Shown in pieces: positions 1 to 10,700 of a stretch of DNA of 64,000 nt. The stretch's first letter is position 1, and each line of letters begins with the position of its first letter. Position numbers and translations under genes: made by a program. Below the pieces are notes generated by a model. That model was given only the letters and a program-made list of their open reading frames with translations. It searched no databases and was not told the DNA's origin. Source of the stretch: Fibrobacterales bacterium (GTDB lineage Bacteria > Fibrobacterota > Fibrobacteria > Fibrobacterales > JAOPTW01); the NCBI GenBank assembly GCA_051532055.1, contig JAOPTX010000004.1:126930-190929 (forward strand). Direction: 5' to 3'.

Positions 1-1529
1 TCCTTAATGATCTTAAGGTGTTTGTATTCACGCTTGAGAATAGCTTTCCCTAAATTAGTAATCTGGGAGTTTTCAAATTTTCTATGCCACTTGCGAACTG
101 CTGCTTTTGCTTTGTGGGTTTTACAGAGATTAAGCCAATCGAGAGTGGGTTGTTGATGCTCACTCTTAATTATATTTATTCTATTGCCATAGACTAGTAC
201 ATGATCGATATTTACAAATTGCTCATCTATTTTAGCTCCAATACAGTGAGAACCTATGTTGGTATGAATAGCAAATGCAAAGTCCAGAACAGTAGCACCA
301 TCGGGAAGTGAAATAGTGTCACCTTTTGGGGTATATACAATAAGCTCTTTAGGTTTTAGATCGATTCTAAAAAATTCGAGGAACTCACTTGAATCTGATA
401 TTTCTTTTTGAATATTTACCATCTGGTCGAGCCAGTCAATGTGGTGAGATGAATTATTGATCTCTTTATAGGACCAGTGTGCCGCAAAACCACGCTCTGA
501 GACATTGTCCATCTCCCTGGTTCGTAGTTGAATCTCGATCAGTTTCTCTGCAGGGCCTACTACGGTAGTATGTAGAGATTGGTAAAGATTGGACTTGGGG
601 AGAGCAATGAAATCTTTAAAACGTGATTGAAGGGGGCGCCATAAGTTGTGTACATGTCCAAGAACGGAATAACAGGTATTAGGGTCATCAACAATGATTC
701 TAATGGCAAAGAGGTCAAAAATTTCATCAAAGGAACAGCCACGACTCGATATTTTTTTATGGATCGAATAGAGGTTTTTAGGGCGTCCTTGCACTGTGGC
801 AGAAATTGCTTCTGCATTAAGCTTCAGCTTGAGAGTTTCGACAACATGCTTTATGTATTTTTCACGCTCATCTTTATCTTCAAAGAAACACTGTATTAAA
901 AAGTTGTATTGATCAGGGTTAAGGTACTTAAAGGAAAGATCTTCTAGTTCCGATTTGATTTTATTCAGACCAAATCGGTGAGCAAGGGGAGCGTATACTT
1001 CAAGCGTTTCAGTAGCAATTGTCTTTTTTTTGTCAGAAGGTACATAGGTGAGCGTACGCATGTTATGAAGCCTGTCGGCAAACTTAATCATGATCACTCG
1101 TGTGTCTTTGGCCATGGAAAGGAGTAGTTTACGATAGGTCTCTGCTTTTCGGTCGAGACGAGACTTCTCTTGGAGTGCAGATATTTTAGTTACCGCGTCC
1201 ACCATAAAAGCTATTTCATAATCGAACTTTTCTTTAATGTCATTAAAGGTAAAAGCGGTGTCTTCTATAACATCATGGAGAAGCCCTGCAATAATAGTTG
1301 CAGTGTCTACTTGATAATCTGCAAGAATTTTAGCAACTTCAATGGGATGTTCAGCATAGGGCATACCACTTTTGCGGAATTGATTTGCATGGGCTTCTAT
1401 TGAAAATATGATGGCTTTGCCGATCTGGTCGAGATCTACTGCACTATTTTTTTTCTGTATGTAACTCAGAAGGTGTTCACGGGTTATTTCACTATCCTGA
1501 ATTATTGAAGGGCGCGGTACTGAGGTCAT
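1..1529 (-). CDS. relA: Bifunctional (p)ppGpp synthetase/hydrolase (long RSH, Rel/SpoT); C-terminus lies beyond the left window edge
   Basis: Absent from the ORF track because no stop falls inside the window. Manual translation from ATG at 1529 gives MTSVPRP...RKSGMPYAEHPIEVA...LLHDVIEDT (HD hydrolase), GRPKNLYSIHKK, DLFAIR, RFKDFIALPKSNLYQSLHT, EIQLRT and AAHWSYKE (synthetase), then YTPKGD...GATVLDFAFAIHT (TGS). Confidence 0.95.
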   Translation of the reverse strand, partial: MTSVPRPSIIQDSEITREHLLSYIQKKNSAVDLDQIGKAIIFSIEAHANQFRKSGMPYAEHPIEVAKILADYQVDTATIIAGLLHDVIEDTAFTFNDIKEKFDYEIAFMVDAVTKISALQEKSRLDRKAETYRKLLLSMAKDTRVIMIKFADRLHNMRTLTYVPSDKKKTIATETLEVYAPLAHRFGLNKIKSELEDLSFKYLNPDQYNFLIQCFFEDKDEREKYIKHVVETLKLKLNAEAISATVQGRPKNLYSIHKKISSRGCSFDEIFDLFAIRIIVDDPNTCYSVLGHVHNLWRPLQSRFKDFIALPKSNLYQSLHTTVVGPAEKLIEIQLRTREMDNVSERGFAAHWSYKEINNSSHHIDWLDQMVNIQKEISDSSEFLEFFRIDLKPKELIVYTPKGDTISLPDGATVLDFAFAIHTNIGSHCIGAKIDEQFVNIDHVLVYGNRINIIKSEHQQPTLDWLNLCKTHKAKAAVRKWHRKFENSQITNLGKAILKREYKHLKIIK

Positions 1530-1530
1530 A

Positions 1531-3723
1531 TTATCCGTTTTCTAGGTTGTCTATCTTTGCATCTGCTTCACCTAAAAGATACTCAAGTTTTGCTATTTTT
1601 TCAGATATCTCAGTAATACGAATGTTTTCTTCACTCAAAAGTTCAGTTTCGGACTGAATCTCAGTAAAGAGGTTTTGCAAGGTAGACATTTTCTTCTCAG
1701 AGTCTTTGAGCATACTCCGCATAACCGAGACCTCTTTCATCTTCTGCTCTAATTGAACCATAGAGTTTTGGACTTGAACATGAGAATTTTCAATTGCCTT
1801 AAGCTCATCCTGAGTTGATTGTATGAGGGAAATTTTCTCATCAGTTGTTGATATTACTTCACTAAGGTTGTTAATAGACTCTTGTGCTTGTCTAATGCCT
1901 CTATGCTCATTAGATATGTCATCGATACTACTGTGTAGTTTATCGATAGTGAGGTCAAGTTGTTTAATACGGGCATCGGCCTCTTCAATGTGGCTTCTCT
2001 GCTTTTGAAGGGTTTCAATATCAATATTGAGTTTATCGACCATTGATGATGTTTCGTGAAATTTATTTTCAAGTTGGGTAATGACATCTTTCTCAGAATC
2101 GAGGGTTGCTAGTTTTTTACCAATTTTTGTTTCAAGGTCTTCAAAGTTGTCAGTATACTGTCTGAATTGTTTTTCGATTGCCTTAAACTCATCTTTGTTT
2201 TTAGCAAACTGAATAGGTAAACTCTCGGTAAGGGCTTTGAGTTGTTGGGTCTGCTCCATGAGAGTTTCGTTCTTTTTTGAAAGTTCTAAATCTTGTGAAT
2301 TCATACTCATGATTTTGTCTTCGATCTGCTTTTCAAGCTTCTCCATGTACTGAAGACGAGAGTTGAGTGAATGAGCGCGATCTTCTTGTTGTTGGAGGTC
2401 ATGAAATCGAAGTGCAAATTCATCGAGTGTAGAATTGAGAGTTGCAGTACGTTTATCCAAGGTGTCAATGACGTTACCCTGTTTGAGTATATGTGTTTTT
2501 ATCTGTTGGTGCGCTTTTTCAACAAGATTAATTTTTTTGTGAAGCTCTTCAAACTGGATTGTTTTTTCTTCGAGTTTTTCAATTTTATTGAGAGAGTTTT
2601 CGTATGAGTTTTTAACTTTTTCTTGGTTAATGGTAAGGTCTTGAATTTGTCTTTTTACATTTTCAAGAAACTCAATTTGGTGCCCAACCTCTTTACCATG
2701 ATTCATGAGGGCGTTAATTTTTTCCTCAACTTCATGAATATGAGACTTTTCTTCGTGAATAGAAGCGAGTTGACCTTCGAGTTTACTTAAATCCTCAGAT
2801 ACTTCTTGTAAACGTCCGAGTTCAGAATCAATAGTACTCTGTTTCTCGTGAGATGCTTTAATAGTATTTTCGAGTCTTTTAAGGTTCTCTTCTGTATGCT
2901 CACTTTTTTCGGAAAGTGATTCAATTTGAGTTTCAAATTTTTTGAGTTCCACAATACGGTTTTCAATGTCACGCACAGTCAATTCAGATTTGCTCAATGA
3001 GTTCATTACTGAAGAGAAGTGTTTCTTTTGATCTTCTAGTCGTCCGGTGAAATCTTGAACTTCACTAATCTGCGATTGGACTTTGTCGGCTTTTTGTAAG
3101 GTCTCATCAATAACCTGTCGGCTGGTGTTGAAGTTTTCATACTTCTCTTCCATGGTTGCTTCAAGCTCATTGAGATCATTAATAAACTGTTTCGAGTTTC
3201 TGAGGGCTTTTTCTACATCTTTAAGTTCGGGATATTTTGTCTCGATACGGGTGAGAATGGTATCGAGCCGAGTGATATTTTTGTCCGCTTTAGTTATAAG
3301 CTTGTTTTCAGATTCGAGTTCTTTAATTTTTTTCTTGTTTTCCCACAAGAGTCGGTTGAGCATACTGGCATCTTCAAGAGCTCGGTCGACAACGTTTTTT
3401 TGGAGTTCAAGGCTATGAATTTTGTTTTTTATATAGGATGCACGTTTACCATTTTTTTCAATTGCAAGCTTTTGATCATCGAATTCATTAAGAGATTCGG
3501 TAATTTCTTGCATATGCTCTTTAACGATAACAGCTTGTCTTCGATAATCTTCTTCGAGATTACGGAGTTGGAGTGCATTCGTCTCATCAAACTCAGATAT
3601 CTTTTGCGTGGGAATAGGCAAGTTCTTGTTTTGCTCACGTAACTCCGTAACTTCGGATTGCAAAGAGGTTACAATTGTGGTTAAATCGTTGTAACTTTGG
3701 TTGGTATCGTTTGTATCACTCAT
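1531..3723 (-). CDS. Long coiled-coil protein of unknown function (730 aa)
   Basis: Heptad-like E/K/Q/L-rich sequence along almost the whole length. No Walker motifs, TM segment or signal peptide seen. Confidence 0.8.
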   Translation of the reverse strand: MSDTNDTNQSYNDLTTIVTSLQSEVTELREQNKNLPIPTQKISEFDETNALQLRNLEEDYRRQAVIVKEHMQEITESLNEFDDQKLAIEKNGKRASYIKNKIHSLELQKNVVDRALEDASMLNRLLWENKKKIKELESENKLITKADKNITRLDTILTRIETKYPELKDVEKALRNSKQFINDLNELEATMEEKYENFNTSRQVIDETLQKADKVQSQISEVQDFTGRLEDQKKHFSSVMNSLSKSELTVRDIENRIVELKKFETQIESLSEKSEHTEENLKRLENTIKASHEKQSTIDSELGRLQEVSEDLSKLEGQLASIHEEKSHIHEVEEKINALMNHGKEVGHQIEFLENVKRQIQDLTINQEKVKNSYENSLNKIEKLEEKTIQFEELHKKINLVEKAHQQIKTHILKQGNVIDTLDKRTATLNSTLDEFALRFHDLQQQEDRAHSLNSRLQYMEKLEKQIEDKIMSMNSQDLELSKKNETLMEQTQQLKALTESLPIQFAKNKDEFKAIEKQFRQYTDNFEDLETKIGKKLATLDSEKDVITQLENKFHETSSMVDKLNIDIETLQKQRSHIEEADARIKQLDLTIDKLHSSIDDISNEHRGIRQAQESINNLSEVISTTDEKISLIQSTQDELKAIENSHVQVQNSMVQLEQKMKEVSVMRSMLKDSEKKMSTLQNLFTEIQSETELLSEENIRITEISEKIAKLEYLLGEADAKIDNLENG

Positions 3724-3731
3724 GAAGTCTT

Positions 3732-5132
3732 CTACTTTTCGGTATTTATTAACCAGTTATCGTTATGTTTTTTTAAATAGAGATGTTTTGTGCGCTTGCC
3801 CCAATTTTTGGATCGTGTACCCGTGAAAGCTGTGTAATCCTGTAAAAATGATACTTGAATAAGGGTGTCACTTTTGTGGAACACTTGAATTCTTTCAATT
3901 TTTACACTGATAGAATCCTTGCCTCCAAAAATCATTGCTTTTCTCTCTATAAATGCATTTTTACTGCGGCTTCTATTATCAATAAAGTTCGGGTGATAGA
4001 AGGTGCCATACTCTTTTGCATTACGGGACTCCCATGCGGTTTTCCATTTGCTTACAAACTCTCTGAAATAATCGTACGTCTCTTGTGATGTTGATTGAAT
4101 TTTTTCTTTAGTGAGGTAATTAGACTCTTTTTTAGAAAAGGTATTCGCTTGTGAAAAAATTGATGTGAGCTGTTCTTTGCTTTGCCCCACCTTAACATAA
4201 TTGTTGTAAATGTCTGGGTATTCTTTGGAGAGGCGGGCAACTGAAAAAATTTCTTCAAGTTTTTGTTTAGGAGGCTCTGGAAGGATAGTTACGGGAGTGC
4301 CGATCGTCAGGTAAGGGGCAAGTTTTACAACATCTTTATTCGCAAGAGCGACACACCCTTTGGTGTAGACTGGTGTGAGGCCAAATTCGACACCATGAAT
4401 CCATATACCACTGCCTGTTTTTCCCGTTTTAACATCCGTTTCATTGGGATAGTTTAATTTAAAGACAAGTGCTCCATAGAGATAGCCTTGTGATGGGCCT
4501 GTGCGGATATCCTTAATAAAATAGTTTCCTTCAGGAGTTTTCTTATCACCTTCAACCTGTTTATCTCCTTCAAATTCACCCGTTGCGATACTGAGACTTT
4601 GAACAATATCCCATTTTTGATTGGTCTGTTTGACAATGTGCAGGGCTTTTGTTGATTTGATGACGAGTACTGCATATTGAGGGATAGGGATTGCTGGAAT
4701 GGGTTCAGCTTTTTTTTTCACAGTATTTGGTGGTGTCTCTTTAGCTTTTGTAACAATAGATACAGGTGTCGCTATTGTCGTGGGGGTTTCTATATGTTTT
4801 ACTGAAGGACTGGGTGACTCAACTATCGAATCAGAACTAATAAAATCAGGCAGTAACATGATTGATAGATAGGCAATAGTAATAGCAATGAGTGCTATAA
4901 AAAACTTAAAAATATGAGGGCGAAGAAACCGAAAAGGAGCTCGAAAATCGAGCTCTGGAACTTCTATATCTATAGGGGTATAGAACGGAATATTTACTGA
5001 GTCCGGCTTGAATGCCTGGGCTACAGATCTGCGATCCCGTTTGATTTTGGCTAAAAAAGCTCTATTTTCCAAACGGTACTGCAACTGTTCTATGTATGAA
5101 TTACTAAATAATTTCATACCCCTAAAATACAT
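3732..5132 (-). CDS. Membrane-anchored YkuD-family L,D-transpeptidase/carboxypeptidase with C-terminal NTF2-like domain (Csd6/Pgp2-like)
   Basis: TM helix ([18 protein letters not shown]), Pro/Thr linker, [13 protein letters not shown] and catalytic GIWIHG...TKGCVAL. The C-terminal KWKTAWES...YGTFYHPNF segment is NTF2/SnoaL-like. Confidence 0.85.
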   Translation of the reverse strand: MYFRGMKLFSNSYIEQLQYRLENRAFLAKIKRDRRSVAQAFKPDSVNIPFYTPIDIEVPELDFRAPFRFLRPHIFKFFIALIAITIAYLSIMLLPDFISSDSIVESPSPSVKHIETPTTIATPVSIVTKAKETPPNTVKKKAEPIPAIPIPQYAVLVIKSTKALHIVKQTNQKWDIVQSLSIATGEFEGDKQVEGDKKTPEGNYFIKDIRTGPSQGYLYGALVFKLNYPNETDVKTGKTGSGIWIHGVEFGLTPVYTKGCVALANKDVVKLAPYLTIGTPVTILPEPPKQKLEEIFSVARLSKEYPDIYNNYVKVGQSKEQLTSIFSQANTFSKKESNYLTKEKIQSTSQETYDYFREFVSKWKTAWESRNAKEYGTFYHPNFIDNRSRSKNAFIERKAMIFGGKDSISVKIERIQVFHKSDTLIQVSFLQDYTAFTGTRSKNWGKRTKHLYLKKHNDNWLINTEK

Positions 5133-6456
5133 TAAGATCTTGAATATTTGAAGAGTATTCCATGAGTTGCTTCATCCTACTTGGATGTTTCAATTTAGAA
5201 ATAGCCTTCGATTCAATTTGTCTTACTCGTTCCCGTGAAATGTTAAAGATCTCCCCTGTCTCTTTGAGAGTTTTTATACGTCCATCATCAATACCAAATC
5301 GCATTTTGACAATGTCAGCTTCTTTTTCATCAAGAGAATCAAGAATTTCATGAATTAGGTTTTTTAAAATTTCGTTATTGATCGACTGCGATGGAGCTTC
5401 GGTTGTCGTATCAGCAAGAAAATCCGAAAAAGTTGTGGTATTATCGCCTGAAGTAAAGTTATCCAGTGATACAGGTTCTTGTGAGATTTCGAGTGCTAAC
5501 GTTACTTTTTTGCTCGATAGTCCTGTCATGTTAACGAGTTCTTCAATCGTCGGCTCATATCCATAATCTTGAACGAGCTGTCGTGATGCTTTTAATACTT
5601 TACGTACGACATCTTGCATATTTGATGGTATACGAATGGTTTTTGATTTGTCTGATATCGCACGGGTAATTGCTTGTTTAATCCACCATGTTGAATAGGT
5701 AGAGAACTTATAACCTTTGGTGTAATCAAAGTTTTCGACAGCTTTTATAAGTCCTGTATTGCCCTCTTGTACAAGGTCAATAAGTTCCATTCCTCGGGTA
5801 ATATATTTTTTGGCAACACTAATTACCAAGCGAACATTAGCATTGATGAGACGCTCTTTTGTTTGGTTGCGTATCATCTCCCATTGAGAGAGCTGCTTCA
5901 TGTTGTCATGATGAATATTATGTTTAGTGCAGTGTGTTTTATACTGATTAATCAGTTTATCAGTCTGCTTGTGATTGAGCTTTAGTGAAACGGTCAGCTC
6001 TTTAATTTTATAAAAGGTCTTTTGGGCCTTGGCCTCTTTTTTATCGATACTCTCTTGGTCTTCTTGTCGTTCAACCGAAAGAGTATAGGTTCTGTGGTTT
6101 TTTTGCCACGTTTTATACCGTTTCTCGAGTTCTTTAAATGTTTCAAAAACCTGAGCTTCAACTGCTTCGTACTTTACAGTGTTACTCCATGCTTCGGAAG
6201 GAAGTTGAAAGATATCCTCAATTTTAAACTCTTGGTTATGCAATTGTTCTGAAAGCTCAGAGATTGTTTGAATAACGCTCGGGGAGTCAAATATTATGAG
6301 ACAAATTTTAGCTTGGATCTGATTAATAGTTTTGGCGAGTGTAATCTCCTCTTCTTTTGTTAAAAGAGGAACTTTGCCAATAGAACTCAAATAGAGCCAG
6401 GTAGGATCTGAAAATTTTCCAGGTAGTGCTTTTTTCATATTTTTTGTGACAGCCAT
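5122..6456 (-). CDS. Sigma-70 family RNA polymerase sigma factor, RpoD-like, lacking region 1.1
   Basis: Region 1.2 [21 protein letters not shown]; region 2 [54 protein letters not shown]; region 4 [23 protein letters not shown]. Confidence 0.93.
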   Translation of the reverse strand: MAVTKNMKKALPGKFSDPTWLYLSSIGKVPLLTKEEEITLAKTINQIQAKICLIIFDSPSVIQTISELSEQLHNQEFKIEDIFQLPSEAWSNTVKYEAVEAQVFETFKELEKRYKTWQKNHRTYTLSVERQEDQESIDKKEAKAQKTFYKIKELTVSLKLNHKQTDKLINQYKTHCTKHNIHHDNMKQLSQWEMIRNQTKERLINANVRLVISVAKKYITRGMELIDLVQEGNTGLIKAVENFDYTKGYKFSTYSTWWIKQAITRAISDKSKTIRIPSNMQDVVRKVLKASRQLVQDYGYEPTIEELVNMTGLSSKKVTLALEISQEPVSLDNFTSGDNTTTFSDFLADTTTEAPSQSINNEILKNLIHEILDSLDEKEADIVKMRFGIDDGRIKTLKETGEIFNISRERVRQIESKAISKLKHPSRMKQLMEYSSNIQDLNVF

Positions 6457-6626
6457 TAAACCCTCATATAAAAGGTATTCGAATTTGATTTGTTTGAGTG
6501 TTTATTTTATCATAAAAGAACGTTTAATGCAAAATTATTGTTAACAATTCAGGTGTAATCTCAATAATTAATCTAAAAGTTGAACTAAAACCTGAAAAAT
6601 GTATCTGATAGATATGCTTTAGTGCG

Positions 6627-6654
6627 CTTTTTTAACTTAATGAGTTAAAAAAAG
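6627..6654 (-). terminator. Possible weak AT-rich hairpin terminator downstream of the HAD gene
   Basis: Inverted repeat CTTTTTTAACT-TAATG-AGTTAAAAAAAG, 11 nt past the HAD stop. The stem is almost entirely A/T. Confidence 0.3.
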
Positions 6655-6665
6655 TAAAATTTGAT

Positions 6666-7562
6666 TTACTTGGCTTTTAAATTATTGAGGTAGTATGTGG
6701 GTCTAATTGTGAGCTCATACTCTTCATCTCGCAGAGAACTTTCCGCACCATTTCCGGTAAGAACGAGAGCAGTGTCGATCCCTTGTAAATTTGCTCCTGC
6801 AATATCAGTACCTAAAGTATCTCCAATCATTATGACCGATCCCGTTGAGGGAATGAGTGATTGTAGCGCTCGAGTGTAGATGAGGGGATAGGGTTTACCA
6901 AGATGGAGAATATTACAGCCAGACCGTTTGTGGAGGTCCCAACCGTAGTATCCTACCGTTGGATAAGGACTTTCGCCTTTGAGTGGTGCAAATGCATCTG
7001 GGTTGAGTACGATAAGAAGGGAACCTTCTTTTTGCAAAATGTATTCTGCATGTTCAAAATCACTCTCAGTGAACTCTTGTGAGTTAAGAATGACAATTGG
7101 TTGGTTTGGGGTAGTGGTTATTGAAACGCCCCCATCTTCAACGAGTGCTTTGGCGGTATCTGCCCCTAAATGAAATGCTTCACTAATATTAAGGGTACTA
7201 TTAAGTGTTTTAAAGAGGGACCCTGAACTAATAATTTCAGTTGGATGAAAATAGAGACCATCTTCACTTAGTTTTTTTTGAATTTCTTTAATAGTGAGAG
7301 AACCGGAATTCGTGACGAGTCGAATCTGCTTAAAATGTTGTCTGAGAAGCATAAGAGATTCTTCTGCGTAGTCGTACAGTCCACTTTTGTCATAAAATGT
7401 ACCAAACCCATCAAAGAGGAAATTGTCGTAGTATTTGGCCAGTAGTGGAATGGAAACGACTTTGGGCTCATTTTTTAGGTCGCAATCAAATGACTTACCT
7501 ATAGTCTTAAAGTAGGCTTTGTAGATCTCAGTACTACTATATTGGTATTGGGTTTGCTCCAT
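6666..7562 (-). CDS. HAD-superfamily subfamily IIA hydrolase
   Basis: Motif I FLFDGFGT, motif II LVTNS, cap NPD, motif III GKPYP, motif IV MIGDTLGTDIAGA, and LVLTG. Confidence 0.9.
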   Translation of the reverse strand: MEQTQYQYSSTEIYKAYFKTIGKSFDCDLKNEPKVVSIPLLAKYYDNFLFDGFGTFYDKSGLYDYAEESLMLLRQHFKQIRLVTNSGSLTIKEIQKKLSEDGLYFHPTEIISSGSLFKTLNSTLNISEAFHLGADTAKALVEDGGVSITTTPNQPIVILNSQEFTESDFEHAEYILQKEGSLLIVLNPDAFAPLKGESPYPTVGYYGWDLHKRSGCNILHLGKPYPLIYTRALQSLIPSTGSVIMIGDTLGTDIAGANLQGIDTALVLTGNGAESSLRDEEYELTIRPTYYLNNLKAK

Positions 7563-7670
7563 GTGAGAAATATAGTTAGAAGCGGAAACAAGAAGGCACT
7601 TTTTTATAGTTGGGCAGAATGGGAGAACAGTATTGATTTTATGATTGTTAGACCATGATACTGTAAAAAC

Positions 7671-7702
7671 AAAAGCAGAGAGTGGGTATCACCTCTGCTT
7701 TT
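7671..7702 (-). terminator. Rho-independent terminator of the FAD/Fe-S oxidoreductase gene
   Basis: AAAAGCAGAG-AGTGGGTATCAC-CTCTGCTTTT hairpin, followed on the minus strand by a U-rich tail, just past the stop at 7725. Confidence 0.75.
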
Positions 7703-7724
7703 TGTTAACTACTGCTATTCTCTT

Positions 7725-10700
7725 TTATAAAAGACTTTTTTCTAAACCTTTTTTACCATGTTTAAAGAAGTCATTCATCCAGTTTTTTCCAAGTTTTTTC
7801 TCAGCGAGGTAGACGATCATATGTTTACCTTCAACAGTAATGTCATCATGGATTTTTGAAAGGCCTTGTGTACAGGCAGGACAAGTAGTAAGAACTTCAA
7901 CTTTTTTGTTATCAGTGAGGTCCTGAATCTGAGTCTGTTTTCTCTCACGAATTGTGTTAGATATATAGGGGTTTGAAATTGCCAATGTTCCGACCTCACC
8001 ACAACAGTTCGGTGCTACCAATGGCTTGCTGCCAGTAAGTGCCTCAACAACCCCAGCAGTGTTTGTATCTTTCAGAGGCGAGTGACACGGCTCATGATAA
8101 ATAATTTGTTCATTCCCGACATTTCCCATGAGATTATTTTTAACCAAGAAGTCATTGACATCGAGCATGTTTGACTCTGGGAATATGTTCTCTAACCCAT
8201 AAGTACTGAGCATTTCATAACAGGTGCCACACGTTACTACGGTACTTTCAATATTCATGTAGTCTACAATTTTTGCAATCTTATGAAAGAGTACTTTATT
8301 TGATCCTACTATTTGCTCGACCTTTTCTGTTTTACCCGCAGACTTGAGTGGGTATCCACAACAGACATATTGAGGAGGTATGACCACTCGAACTCCTGCA
8401 TCATAGAGTATTGCTATAGTCGCAAGACTGATTTGGGGGAACATACGTTCTGATCCACAGCCTGGGAAATAGAATACCGTTTTCACTAACTCTTTTTCGG
8501 GATTGTGAAAGGTGTAAACGGTGTTCCTGTCGGAGAGGCTAAATTTTTCACGAAGTGTAGGGGCGGTTGTCATCGGGTAGCGCCCTTTGACCATATCATA
8601 AAGACCAGGAATCGTTTTGGTAACTATTTTTTCAAATGGTCGTAGGAGTGCATGTCCAAGTCTCTGAAGGCGATAGCCTACTTTGAACATGCCAAATCTA
8701 AAGATTTGGTTTATCCAGACCCCTTTTAAGCTGAGGAAAAAATAGGCAAATGCAACACCAGGGTGAAACACTGCTTTCTTACGAGCGTTTAAAAGTTTCT
8801 TTATATTGAGGGTTACATTACCAAAGTCAATATTAACTGGACACGGGGCTTCACATCTATGACACATGGTACAGTTTTGTGCGATCTCTGTCAATTTTTT
8901 GAAATTACGGAATGAGATACTATTACTGGTTAATGTGTCGTAGAGTACCGCCTCCATAATGAGGCCTACACCTAAAATTTTGTTACGAGGACTATAGAAC
9001 ATTGTCCCTTCAGGGTAGTGAGTATTACAGACTGGTTTACATTTTCCACAGCGAACACAGTTTGCTATAGATTCTGAAAGACTCTGAAGGTCAGTAGCTT
9101 CTAAAACAAATGCTTCGAGCTCTAGGAGGTTAAATGAAGGAGTGTACACTTTCTCAAAGGGGAATCCTTTGGCAAGTTTACCAGGGTTAAACAGATCACT
9201 TGGATCGATTTTTTTCTTATGCTCAGCGTATTCTTCCATGATTGACTCATCGAGATACTTCAGCTTCGCAATGCCGATACCGTGTTCACCAGAGACCACA
9301 CCATCGATACGGATGGTTTCTTTAAATATGATATCAACAACCTCTTCGGTCTCGTGCATCATAATATGGTCACTTGAGTGAACGGGGATATTTACGTGAA
9401 TATTTCCATCACCCGCATGCATGTGCGTTGCAATAATAATTTTTCTACGGCGAACACTGTCGGCAGTTTTGTCAAAGAGTTCAAGAATTGTAGGGAATAC
9501 TTTGAAAGTATTATGGAAGGGTTGAATTACTTTGCCATCAAAGTCAGGTTTGATTTCACCATCTTGAATCATTTTAAAGATGGTACGCTCTTCGCTTGGA
9601 TATGAGGCATCAACATTTTTAGTTGGATTCTCAATGTTGTCCCACATGAGTTTACACCAAGTGGCATAGGCTGTAATCTCTTCTACATAGAGGTCGACCT
9701 TGTCACTGCTGATACCATCAATATTCTTACTTTTGAGGCTTTCGCAAAAACGTTCAATCTCTTCGATTGCTTGTATACTGTTATCAAGTTCTTTTTCGGC
9801 GTTGAGTTTGTCAAAAAAGTCGATGATACCCGGCATTTTTTTAATAGGTACTACAATATCTTCATTGGTTTTAAAACCGTTGGTGTGTTTTGCAATAGCG
9901 CCAAGGTTTTTACGATCTTTCCAGTATCGTTCACTTTCATCGGCGTCACTTGCAATAAAACCTTCGGTGTTATACTCTTGTACTAGCTCGGTAATGTCTT
10001 TACAGGCACTATCAACAGCATTTTCATCATTACTTTCAATATCAATGAGGAGGACTGCTTTCGGTGACTCATTTCTATTTGACTTAACGTTATAGTCAAT
10101 TTTGTCCATGTAGACATCATCAAAATGTTCGAGTGCCGTAAGGAATACATAGTCACTAGAACCAAAGCTTTCGCGGATTTCCACAATAGCTTTTGATGCA
10201 TTTACCATGTTGGTACCATAGAATTCTAGACAAATTGTGCGGGCATGGTTGAAAGGAGTGTAGAGTACAAAACGAGTATCATAAATGATACCATCGCCAC
10301 CCTCTTTTTGAATGCCAGGAACACCACCGAGTGCTTTGTTGGTAATGTCTTTGCCGAGGCCTTTTTTACGGACTTCAGTTGCTTTAAGTGTAAAAGTGTC
10401 AAGGAGAGTGCGGTTCCCTTTTTTGTCATACTCATAGGTTTCGTATTCGACAATATCGGTTTCTTCTATTTTGCGGTGTGGGTGATTTTTACGCTCAACT
10501 TCGATGAGGCGTCCACCGGCAAGTACCATTTTAAATGAGTAGAGATTATCAATACAACAACCCCACATTACTGCCTTTTTACCGCCTGCATTTTCGGCGA
10601 TATTACCACCAATACTTGAGGCCCATGCAGATGTTGGATCTGTAGCGAATACATATCCTTTGTTTTTACAATGTGAGGTTGCGTCGTTAGTAATTACCCC

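Noticed and set aside
560..1403. Short ORFs 560..817, 648..899 and 1170..1403
   Set aside because: All lie inside rel, off-frame or antisense. The rel frame checked at the start codon and in the synthetase region is the same, so no frameshift is indicated.
1531..3723. SMC/SbcC or MCP call for the coiled-coil protein
   Set aside because: No Walker A/B, signature, hinge or MCP hairpin motif.
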